Made by a program: the position numbers and the translations under genes. DNA of 64,000 nt from Octopus sinensis. Its lineage: Eukaryota. Below, one piece after another: positions 1-28,300 of the stretch. Numbering within the stretch: the stretch's first letter is position 1; every line of letters starts with the position of its first letter. Below the pieces are notes generated by a model. That model saw nothing but the letters and a program-made list of their open reading frames with translations, made no database searches and was not told the origin of the DNA. Where the stretch lies: assembly GCF_006345805.1 (NCBI RefSeq), contig NC_043015.1, positions 42,160,001 to 42,224,000 of the forward strand, in the 5' to 3' direction.

Positions 1-715
1 ATAATAATAATCCTTTCTGTTATAGAAATATATTTCTTTATTACCCACAAGGGGCTAAACATAGAGGGGAGAAACAAAGACAGGAAAAGGGATTACATCG
101 ACCTAGTGCAAAACTGGTACTTTATTTATCGACCCCAAGAGGATGAAAGGCAAAGTCGACCTTGGCAGAATTTGAACTCAGAACGTAACGACAGACGAAA
201 TACCGCCTAGCATTTCACCTGGCGCGCTAACGTTTCTGCCAACTAATCCTCAATGATAATAATAATGTTTTAAAATTTTACCACAAGGGTAGCAATTTTG
301 GGGGAAGGGATGAAGCAATTACATTGACCCCAGTGTTCAACTGGTACTTATTTTATCGACCCCAAAAGGATGAAAAGGCAAAGTCGACTTCGGCGGAATT
401 TGAACTCAGAACATAGCGACAGGCAAAATACCGCTAAGCATTTCGTCCAGCATGCTAACGATTCTGCCAGTTCATCGTCATGATAATAACAATAATGATG
501 ATAATCCTTTCTTTTATAAAAATAGTAATCTTCAATAATAATCAAAAATGATAATGATATAGGAGGTTGTGGGGTAAGAAGCTTGCTTCCCAACCACAGG
601 GTTTCAGGTTCAGTCCTACTGCATGGCACCTTGGGTAAGTGTCTTCTACTATTGCCTGAGGCCAACCAAAGCCTCGTGAGCAGATTTGGTCGATAGAAAC
701 TGAAAGAAGCCATCA

Positions 716-754
<39 letters not shown>

Positions 755-768
755 ATATATATATATAT

Positions 769-1080
769 CATCATTTAGCGTCCGCTTTCCATGCTAGCAT
801 GGGTTGGACGGTTCAACTGGGGTCTGGGAAACCAGATGGCTGCACCAGGCCCAGTCTGATCTGGCAGAGTTTCTACAGCTGGATGCCCTTCCTAACGCCA
901 ACCACTCAATGAGTGTAGTGGGTGTTTTTTACACGCCACTGACACAGGGGCCAGAAGAGGCTGGCAAACGACCACGGTCAGATGGTACTTTTTACGTGCC
1001 ACCGGCACAGGGGCCAGGCTAGGTTGGCAACGGCCACGATCGGATGGTGCTTTTTACGTGGCATGTGTATATGTATGTAT
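769..1080 (-). mobile_element. 5'-truncated RTE 3'UTR copy (others at about 5905, 8320-8760, 9770, 13040, 26775, 31280, 31870, 39080, 40085, 62805)
   Basis: catcatcatttagcgtccgctttccatgctagcatgggttggacg... Confidence 0.75.
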
Positions 1081-1084
1081 ATGT

Positions 1085-1445
1085 ATGTGGTTGTGTGGTA
1101 AGAGGCTTGCTTCCTAACCCAACCACATGGTTCCGAGTACAGTCCCACTGTGTGGCACCTTGGGCCAACCAAAGCCTTGTGAGTAGATTTGGTAGACAGA
1201 AACTAAAAGAAGCCCGTTGTGTGCGTATATATACATACATGTATATATTTGTGTGTGTGTGTTCGTCTCCCCCTCCACCATCGCTTGACAACCGATGTTG
1301 GTGTGTTTACGTCCCCTTAACTTAGCAGTTTGGCAAAAGAGACCAATAGAATAAGTACTGGGCTTACAAAGAATAAGTCCTGGGGCCGATTTGTTTGACT
1401 AAAGGTGGTGCTCCAGCATGGCTGCAGCCAAATGACTGAACTAAA
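1085..1445 (+). mobile_element. SINE family A
   Basis: Same consensus as 4929. Confidence 0.8.
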
Positions 1446-1589
1446 TGAACAATAAAAGATACCTTCAACAGGCTTCCACACAAGTTTCCACCAACCAGAT
1501 TCAAATCACAAAGCACTGGTCGGCCCAAAGCCATAAAAGTACCATACAGTGGGACTGAACTCAATACCACGTAGTTTCAAAGCAAGCCC

Positions 1590-1845
1590 CTTAAGTTAAG
1601 TTAATTATTTGGCTCAAAAAGCAAAAAGCAAGGCCATGTAGGGAGACATGGAGTTATGTACAGGGTGGTGTTCATGCAAAGAGTTCAGGCCATTTCTGGT
1701 CAAGGGAGACTTTGAACCGAGCGGTCGTCGGCATCTTCACTATCTCGTCCGGCAGCTTATTCCACGGATCTGCAACCTGGACGGAGAAAGCCCCTCTCCT
1801 TCGATTGAGATGAAATCGTCGTAGATAGAGCTTTTAAACCCATAA
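1590..1845 (-). mobile_element. CR1/L2-type LINE 3' end
   Basis: Minus strand KLYLRRFHLNRRRGAFSVQVADPWNKLPDEIVKMPTTARFKVSLDQKWPELFA*, then short 3'UTR and (taact)n tail. Confidence 0.8.
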
Positions 1846-1859
1846 CCATGCCTATTTAA

Positions 1860-18762
<16,903 letters not shown>

Positions 18763-19787
18763 TATTGATGTTGTTCTTGGTGGTGTTGGTGTTGTTGTTA
18801 TTATTATTATTTAGGAATAACGAAGATAATGATGATGATGATGATGATGTGATGAAAGGTCCATTAGTAAAATTTTTTAATGATGATAAAGATGATGGTA
18901 GTTTTGTCTCTTGAAAAATATATATATAGATATATACATATATATATATATAAAAGAGTGAAAATTAATTATTAAAAGAAATAAAAATAAAGAAAGAAAT
19001 ATTATAATTGGTATTATTTTTTTTTTTTTTTACGAATGTTATATTATTATTAAAGATATGAATAACATTATTTCTGTTCACTATATATATACATATATAT
19101 ATATATATATAATATATCCCTGCTTTAAATGTTATCAAAGCCAATGTAAGTTCAGCTTAATTGGCTCACATAATTATTACCTTTGTATCAATCAGCTTGC
19201 ATATGCGTGTATATGCAAGTGCGTGTATATGCGTATGCGTATATAATATGTATGCATAAATGTATGTGTGCATATGGACTGCTATTCATGTTATTGTTGT
19301 TGTTGCTGCTGGTGATGGTAAATACAAAGAGTTATGGTAATAATTAATGGTAATTAGCAAATTAATGCTACTAATTGTTACTTTGGTGTTCTGCTTTGTG
19401 ATAATACTGTTAAATAATGAATGTTTGGAATAGTCTTGTCTAAAATATACACGTCCACCTCGACACTCTTCGATAGGGGGTTCCTCTTCTTCTTCCTTCC
19501 TTGCTTGCTGTTAATATTTTTTTTCTTTTTTCCTGGAATTAAAATATATTTTTTTCTCTCTTTTTTTTGGTTTTCTTCTTTCTTTGGGGGTAAAAAAAAT
19601 GAAAAAAAAACAAGCTTCTTCTCCTTTGCTTTTCTGCCAGTAGTGCCTTCTCTTATCGTACGTCAGCTAAGGGACGATTTCGAAGTGTGTGCTGAGGCGA
19701 GAGATGGACAAGAGACACAAAAAAACCGTGAGACACCAACCCCGACCCAGAAAAAAAAATCAGGTTTTATGCAAAAAAAAACCGGTA

Positions 19788-19796
19788 ACCGGAAGT
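19788..19796 (+). promoter_or_regulatory. ETS/GABP-type site in a CpG-enriched patch upstream of CDK8 (possible divergent promoter)
   Basis: Perfect ACCGGAAGT about 1 kb upstream of the CDK8 ATG, between the head-to-head CDK8 and MCCC1 genes. Confidence 0.35.
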
Positions 19797-19899
19797 TGAC
19801 TGATGAACTCTCCTGGTCATGCTTTTATTAATTAGTGGAACTCTCCTGTAACATCTGTCTTCAACGCTTTGACAATATTTTTCTTTCTTTCTTTCTCTC

Positions 19900-19957
19900 T
19901 CTCTCCCTATCTATCTTTTTCTGTCTGTCTATCTATCTATCTCTCTGTCTATATATC

Positions 19958-19998
<41 letters not shown>

Positions 19999-20003
19999 GT
20001 CTG

Positions 20004-20036
<33 letters not shown>

Positions 20037-20147
20037 GTCTGTCTATCTATCTATCTATCTATCTCTGTCTATCTATCTATCTTTAACTGTCTGTCTATCT
20101 ATCTCTATCTATTTAACCAACTATCTATCTACTTATCTGTCTATCTG

Positions 20148-20184
<37 letters not shown>

Positions 20185-20275
20185 ATATCTATCTATCTAT
20201 CTATCCATCTATCTATCTATCTATATATCTATCTATCTATCTATCCATCTATCTATCTATCTATCTATCTATCTG

Positions 20276-20307
<32 letters not shown>

Positions 20308-20393
20308 CCTATCTATCTATCTGTCTATCTATCTATCTATCTATATATATATCATCTATCTATCTATCCATCTATCTATCATCTATCGGTCTA

Positions 20394-20430
<37 letters not shown>

Positions 20431-20520
20431 GTCTATCTATCTATCTATCTATCTATCTACCTATCTATCTATCTCTTTATATGTCTGCCTGTCTAACAAT
20501 ATCTATTTCTCTCTCTATCT
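19900..20520. repeat. (TCTA)n microsatellite
   Basis: About 600 bp of tcta/tctg repeats. Confidence 0.95.
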
Positions 20521-20569
20521 AATCAATATTATTTCCCCCTTTATTCATATTTCTTTCCCTCTGTTACTT

Positions 20570-21200
20570 TAATCATACTCTCTCTCTCTCTCTCTCTCTC
20601 TCATTATTCACACTCAATTTCTCTCTCTTTAGTTACTCTCAGTTTTTTTGTCTTTCTCTTTATTCGAGTTTAATTTCTTTGTCTAATCAAGATCACTTTC
20701 CTTTCTTCCTCCCTTCTCTCTCTCTCTCTCTCTCAGTTTAGTCTCCCTCATTCTCTGTGTCTCTCTTTATTTAAGCTCAGATTTTTCTCTACCATCCTCT
20801 TTATTCATGCTTAATTTCTAATTTTTAATTTCTTCCGTTAATCAAAATTATTCCCATTATTTCATTTTCTAAAATACATTTTCTCTCTCTCTCTTTAGCC
20901 TCGCTTCTCCGCTCTCTTTAGTCACGTTCATTTTCTCTCTCTTTCGACAGACTCATTCTCTACCTTTTCTCTCTCTCTCTCTCCCTCTCTTAACTCTCTC
21001 ATATCTCCTCTCTCTTTAATCTTTCTCTTCTTTTTGTCCATTCTTGGCTCTCCCTCTCCCCTCTCTCTCTCTCCCTCTCTCTCTCTCCCTCTCTCTCTCT
21101 CCCTCTCTCTCTCTCATCTCATTCTCTTTTTCTCTAATAACGTGCATGCTGTCTTTTCTTGCTTTCACGTCTCTTTCTCTCTCTCTCAATCTCTCTCGCA
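20570..21200. repeat. (CT)n polypyrimidine tract
   Basis: Long strand-biased CT-rich sequence. Confidence 0.85.
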
Positions 21201-21441
21201 TAAACACACGCACGCGCGCTTTCTCTAAATGCGAACATTATCGAACAGGGGCAGACGGAATCGGAAGAGACCGATCTGATTGTGTCATCATTCGTTAACT
21301 TCCGTCAATCAATAACCGGCAAAAATCGAAACTAAAACATACAGAGCTAGATCGCTAAAATTCATACACAAGGCTTACTTCTGGTTTTCTTTCGTTTTAT
21401 AATCAGAAAATGAAAAACAAAGGGGAAAAAAATGAAAATGA

Positions 21442-21791
21442 CGGCGAGATGGCAGAAACGTTAGCGGTATTTCGTCTGCCGTTACGTTCTGTGTTCAAAT
21501 TCCGCCGAGGTCAACTTTGCCTTTCATCCTTTCGGGGTCGATAAATTAAGTACCAGTTACGCACTGGGATCGATATAATCGACTTAATCCCTTTGTCTGT
21601 CCTAGTTTGTCCCCTCTATGTTTAGTCCCTTGTGGTAAGTAGCTTGCTTACCAACCACAGGGTTCCGGGTTCATTCCTACTGCGAGGCACCTTGGCCAAG
21701 TGTCTTCTACTATTGCCTCGGGTCGACCAAAGCCATGTGAGTGGATTTGGTAGACGGAAACTGAAAGAAGCCCGTCGTATATGTATATATA

Positions 21792-21827
<36 letters not shown>

Positions 21828-22050
21828 TGTATGTGTGAGTGTATGTTTGTGTGTCTGTGTTTGCCCTCCCCCCCAACCTCGCTTGACAACTGATGGCGGT
21901 GTATTTACGTCCCCGTAACTTAGCGGTTCGGCAAAATTGACCGATAGAATAAGTACTAGGCTTGCAAAGAATAAGTCCTGGGGTCGATTTGCTCGACTAA
22001 AGGCGGTGCTCCAGCATGGCCGCAGTCAAATGACTGAAACAAGTAAAAGA
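21442..22050 (+). mobile_element. SINE family B directly abutting SINE family A
   Basis: Family B 21442-21632 followed by 5'-truncated family A. Confidence 0.8.
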
Positions 22051-23792
22051 GAGTGTATACATATATATATATAGTTCATTTTATATGGCATAACAAATAC
22101 GGTACATTGTTCTGATCTTATATAAGACGTCAGGATATTTGGACGTTATCTGTTGCAGGTTAAGCGACCCGGTGGAATCTTTTGCTGCGCAAATTATCAA
22201 GGACATATGTGTAGCAAAGATAAGTCAGAGACAAACAAACGAATGACAGAATAATCGAATCGCTGCACTGAGAAAAGATTAACCGAATCACCGAACAAAT
22301 GAAAGAATAACGAGGACGAACCGTTGGTGGGATACGGGAGAGAACTCTTCAGTCTTAATTGATATTTTGTAAATATCGCACCTGCAGGTCGTGTCATAAG
22401 AAATTCCCATCAAAATATCAGGTAGAATTTTTACTTCGCAAATCAATTTTGACCTCCACGAAATGAGATCTTTGTTATTTGATTGAATCTCTCATGGAAG
22501 CTACCGTTGTTGTCATTATTATAAAGTATTTATTGCTGGTATTCATGTTTTAAAATTGTTCTTTTACACTTTGCACTGTTACAGTATTACCGGTCACCTT
22601 GCTTTTATGTAAAAAGGCAAACCCACAAATTACATTTTGTTTTTGTTTACGTCGTTCCTATAACCTTGTTACTGTTATCATAGATTAATATATATGTATA
22701 TATTAATCACTTCATTATGTGAAGCTAATCCGAGTTTATATACCATGTGGGGCTGATTCGCTTTCTAAAAAGCAGAATTGTTTTGGTGAAAAAGGAAACA
22801 TTCCAAAATATATTTCTTTACTGCCCACAAGGGGCTAAACATAGAGGGGACAGACAAGGACAGACATCGAACCCAGTGCGAAACTGGCACTTTATTTATC
22901 GACCCCGAAAAGATGAAAGGCAAGGTCGACCTCGGCGGAATTTGAACTCAGAACGTAAAAACATTACTTGTGTTGTGAAGTTGAACTAGCAACGTGATCT
23001 GTCTTCTTTTATCGTGTTGTTCAAGCGTTCTTTTATCCATATCTGCACATATCCTTATAAATATATGTATATTTAATCCTAAATGTCTGCCTGTATGTAG
23101 ACTTTATACTGCTAGATATAGCAGCCAAATGTCCTTCATATCACACCTGTGTTTCTAAATATATTTTCACGGAACACGGTGATGCTCACCAAAGATTCAT
23201 TTCATCGTTCTCCAAAAAAAATAATGGCATCGCAAGTAGGATCTGAATTAGTTTTGACTGATCCCGACTTTCTTCAAGACTTTTGCAAACCATCTCTAAA
23301 ACACGTAATTGTGCAATAATGTTGAACGTGGTGGTCCGAAAGAGATAACAGCGTGTTGTATCTTGGGCAGATGTCTTCTACTAAATCACAGGCCGACCAA
23401 AACTTCTGTGTGGATTTGGTGATGGAAACTGAAAGAAACCCGTCAGTTGTCCATTATTCAGAATCAGAAACACATGTAATGGAATGTAATGTTTATAATA
23501 CCTGCGGAGTATTAGAAGAATAAGATGTATGCGTGTGTATGTAGACATAGACGTATGCGTGTTAAGAACATATAATGATGAAAATGAAGAAGAGAGAGTG
23601 AGCGAGTCTATAGCCATCAAAGTGAGGAGTAAGTTCGTAAAAATCCTACCAAAGCAGTCACAGACGTCTGGTGCTGCCTTCTGCCTGGCGAGCTCTTCAC
23701 AAAACATCCCACCCATGCCAGCATGGAAGGTGGATGTTAAACGTTGATAATGATTATGATATCATCATCATTTAACATCCATTTTCCATGTG

Positions 23793-23824
<32 letters not shown>

Positions 23825-23895
23825 CGCACACTATATATACACACACATTTATATATGCATACATATATTTATATATTATATATTGTGTTTTCCAG

Positions 23896-23932
23896 GGTTT
23901 CTGGAATTCCTGACTTCCAGCAGAAATAACAA
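23896..23932 (+). other. Candidate MCCC1 upstream 37-nt exon (5'UTR or presequence)
   Basis: Strong ttttccag| acceptor and AA|gtaagt donor; frame use unresolved. Confidence 0.45.
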
Positions 23933-25203
23933 GTAAGTGTATAATTCAGAAACATTTTCTCTCTTAATCTCTGCCTCTCTCACCCTTTCTCCTTCTCTCT
24001 CCCTCCCTCTCTCTTTCTCACTAATTCTGTTCAATTCCTGGCAGCAACTTGATTTTCATGCATCGGAATTGTACGCAATCATGTCCCCCCGCCTCACTCT
24101 AGTACATTTTCCATAATGCCTGCTCTATCAGAAATTTCCTCTCCTGTGGTATCTTGTCCCTAAGAACTTTAGTGAATGTCACACAGTTCCCCTCTGTATC
24201 ACCAAGATTTTCTATCATGTCTGCCTTGAGAATTACTCTATGCCCTCAACCATACAGTTCCCCCACTATCATTTTCTCATCTCCTTCATTAGAAGCTTCT
24301 TACTAGATTTATGCCTTGTAGCATGTACTGGTGCCCTCTGATGGTGTGCTTCTAGGGTGGGCAATGTCCTCTATCCCCATTCCTGTTGTACAATTATAGC
24401 CCTCCTTCCTTGCATTGCCTTCTACAAGGTCCAGTCGCAGTTTCAGTGTAGTGGCTTTATGTTCAATGACCCTGAGGGCTATGCTAGCAGAGTGCAAGCT
24501 CCTAGCGGATTTTCTATAGCTGGATGGCCTTCCTTTTTGTCAACCTTTATCCTAGGAGCAGGTGAAGGTTGGCAGAAAGGAAGACCATCTAGCTATAGAA
24601 AATCCACTAGGAGCTTGCACTCTGCCAGCAAAGCTCTCAGGGTCGTTGAAAGGCACCACATTGCAACTAGGACTGGACCTTGTAGCAGACAATGCAAGGA
24701 AGGAGGGTCATAATTGTACAACAGGAATGGTGTAGAAGAGAGACGACTGTGCTGGTGTGCTTCTAGGTGCCAAGCTGTGGGACTGAACTCAAAACCCTGT
24801 GATTGGCAAACCACTTTATCACTCAGTGATATGACATACGTCTTCTCATCGTCACCAATATATCTGAACTGTTATAATATCAAATGTTCCTGATCTCTTA
24901 TTACTCTCCAACTGTGTACCTTCAACAAGCCCTCCACGATATCTCTATTCAATAATTCCTAGGACCTGTACACTATGACTGCTCATATGACACTCTTCCC
25001 AGACTGTTCTGTGTATGCTCATTCATACTAACTAGTATAGTTCACTTAGCCAATCATGGGGGGGTGCAGATTCCCCATGCAGCAATCAGCCACACCTGCA
25101 CCTACTAATGACCTTACCTTTGTTTCTGACTGTATTTTATATTTTATATAATTGTTTATTTTGCTTACTCTCTTTTTACCTCCGTCTCTTTATCCCCACA
25201 TAG

Positions 25204-25343
25204 TGTCTCGCCTCATCGATAAAATACTCATAGCCAACAGGGGTGAGATAGCATGCCGTGTGATCCGGACTGCACGCAAAATGGGGATTCGTTCTGTCGC
25301 TGTGTTCAGTGAGGCAGACCGCAATTCTATGCACGCAGCCATG
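25204..25343 (+). CDS. MCCC1: MCCC1 first confident coding exon
   Basis: tag|tg [46 protein letters not shown]|gtaaat. Confidence 0.93.
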
Positions 25344-28300
25344 GTAAATATATTTCCTATTTTGTTCTTTTTACCTGCATTGTCGTTCTTGTTTAACTGT
25401 TCCTCCCTCCTGGGAAATTTCCAGGAAGTGATTCTTCCCTCGGAATTTTCCAGGAACTCTCATCCTCGGAACTTTTTGCTCCCCTCCTCGGAAATTTCCA
25501 GGAAGTAGTTCCTCTGCCTGCTTGGAACTATCTTTGTCCCTATCCTCTTTTCCAAGTAATCTCATCCCAGAAATTTCCAGAAAGTTATTCCTTCTCGGAA
25601 ATTTCCAAGAAGTAATTCGTCTCCTCCTTGGAACATTCCAGGAATTCGGAACATTGCAAGAAGTCTCCTCCCTTTCCTCGGAACTTTCCAGTTAATCTCT
25701 CCCCCTCCTCGGAACTTTCCAGGAAGTACTTCCTCTGCAAAAATTTCCAGGATGTCATTACTCCCCTCCTCTGAACTTTCCAGGAAGCCTTTTCTCTTTC
25801 TCTCTCTCTCTTTTACTTGTTTCAGTCATTTGACTGCGGCCATGCTGGAGCACCGCCTTTAATCGAGCAACTCGACCCCAGGACTTATTCTTTATAAGCC
25901 TAGTACTTATTCTATCGGTCTCTTTTGCTGAACCGCTAAGTGACGGGGACATAAACACACCAGCATCGGTTGTCAAGCAACGCTAGGGGACAAACACAGA
26001 CACACACACACACATATATATATATATACACACATATACGACGAGCTTCTTTCAGTTTCCGTCTACCAAATCCACTCACAAGGCTTTGGTCGGCCCGAGG
26101 CTATAGTAGAAGACACTTGCCCAAGGTGCCACGCAGTGGGACTGAACCCGGAACCATATTGTTGGTAAGCAAGCTACTTACCACACAGCCACTCCTGTGC
26201 CTACACAGCCACTCCCGGCCAGCTAGTGGACATATAATGATGATGCTTTTTCCATGCTTTGAACCCTTTTAAATTGTTCTTCTTTTTACTTTGTTGCATT
26301 TAATTCCAGGCAGATGAAGCTCACCACATTGGACCAGCAGCATCCCAACTGAGCTACCTCCAGCATGAGAAGATCTTGAACATTGCAAAGCTCTCCGGTG
26401 CCAAGGTATGTTCTCCACACCACCATCTCCACCCGTCTATGGATTTGGATTTCTTCTTTGCTAAGCCTTCAGTAATTCAAGCCAAATATGACATCCCTCT
26501 GATTGCCAGGCATAAAGCCACCTCCACCCCATGCCAACATAGAAAACGGATGTTAAATGCTAATGATGTTATATATATACATACGTAAACGCCCTAACCA
26601 CCAGACCACATACCTACACTGTTGAATGAAATATTGTGTGGTGCATCCTTTCTGGCTGCTCCATCCTTTCTCTCTCGCTTTCTTCCTCACCAAACTCAAA
26701 TGTTCAGTAATTCAAACTCAATTACATTTATTTTATACAGTTCTATATTTAAATCTATATTAGATTTATAAATCATCATCATCATCATCATCATTTAGCG
26801 TCCGCTTTCCATACTAGCATGGGTTGGACGGTTCAACTGGGGTCTGGGAGGCCAGAAGGCTGCACCAGCCCAGTCTGATCTGGCAATGTTTCTACGGTTG
26901 GATGCCCTTCCTAACGCTAACCACTTCGTGAGTGTAGTGGGTGCTTCTTACATGCCAGACAGGGCTGGCAAACAGCCACGGTCGGATGGTGCTTTTTACG
27001 TGCCATATATTAAATCTATATTAGATTTATAAGCCCTAAAAATTCACTCCATAATTGCCCACAGGCATATGGCTTAATGGTTAAGAACATGGGCTACTAA
27101 TCCCAAGATTCCGAGTTCAATTCCAGGCAGTGACCTGAATAATAATAATAATATAATAATAATAACATCGAAAAATACCTTAGGAAAAAGAAGCCGGGTT
27201 CGAAATTTCCCCAATACACCTGATGAAGGCTGAAGGGTATATCAGCTGAAACGTGTTAACAAGAAACAAGATGAGGGCAAATATCCATCAAATGTAAATA
27301 ATAAAATAAATAAATACGCCCTTTGAAAGCCTAGCCAGGCTCCCGGGCCCTGTTTCCTGGTTTCTATGGCGTATGTGTTCCCCAGCTGGACAGGACACCA
27401 GTCCATTGCAACATTACTCATTTTCGCCAGCTGAGTGAACTGGAGCAACGTGAAATGTAGTGTTTTGCTCAAGAACACAACGCGTCGCCCGGTCCAGGAA
27501 TCGAAACCACAATCTTACATTCATGATGCTGACACCCTAACCACTAAGCCACACGCCTCCACATCAAATGTAAATAATGTATATTTATTTTATACTTTTT
27601 TTTAATGATTGTATCAGTCTTTAAAAAATGGCCTTTCTCTTTGTTAGCATGAAGTGAAGAGACTTCATGCATGAACAACTGCCAGTCATCACCATCGTCA
27701 TCATCTTTTAACGTCTGCTTTCCATGCTGGCATGGGTTGGAAGGGATAACATGGAGCTGGCTAGCAAGGAGAGCTGTCCAAACTCCAGTTGTATGTTGTG
27801 GCATGGTTTCTATGGCTGGATACCCTTCCTAATGCCAACCCTCGGCAGAGTGGCACAAGTATGGGTGTGTTTACGTAGCATCGGCACAGGTGCATTTATG
27901 CGGCTTCAGCATGGTTGTGTCTACACAGCACCTGAAAGGAAGAGCCTGTATGTGTGGAAGACAGCAATTTTACTTAACTTGGGTCATCTTATCAAATACA
28001 ACAAATCACCACATCTTCCTTAACAAAGAAAAAGCCCTTGTCCCAGCATAGGAAGACCTGGGATAAAGTGGTGAAGCATGACCTTCAAACATTAGGCCTC
28101 ACCGAGGCAATGACTAGTGATCGGGACCTCTGGAAATATGCTGTGCTGCAGAAGACTCGGCAAGTGCAAGTGTGACCATAACCTTGTGGCCTATGCTAGG
28201 GGTGTGACCAGTCCACTTATGCGTGCCTTTTCTTCAATGGACACTAAACTCTGCTTGCAAAGGACCAGTTGAGGCAAGTGAAATCGAAGTCAAAATCAAA

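Noticed and set aside
19869-20522. 217-aa SIYL-repeat ORF
   Set aside because: Translation of the (TCTA)n microsatellite.
21375-21380. Minus-strand gtaagc donor as a CDK8 5'UTR exon end
   Set aside because: A single motif with no supporting acceptor or TSS evidence.
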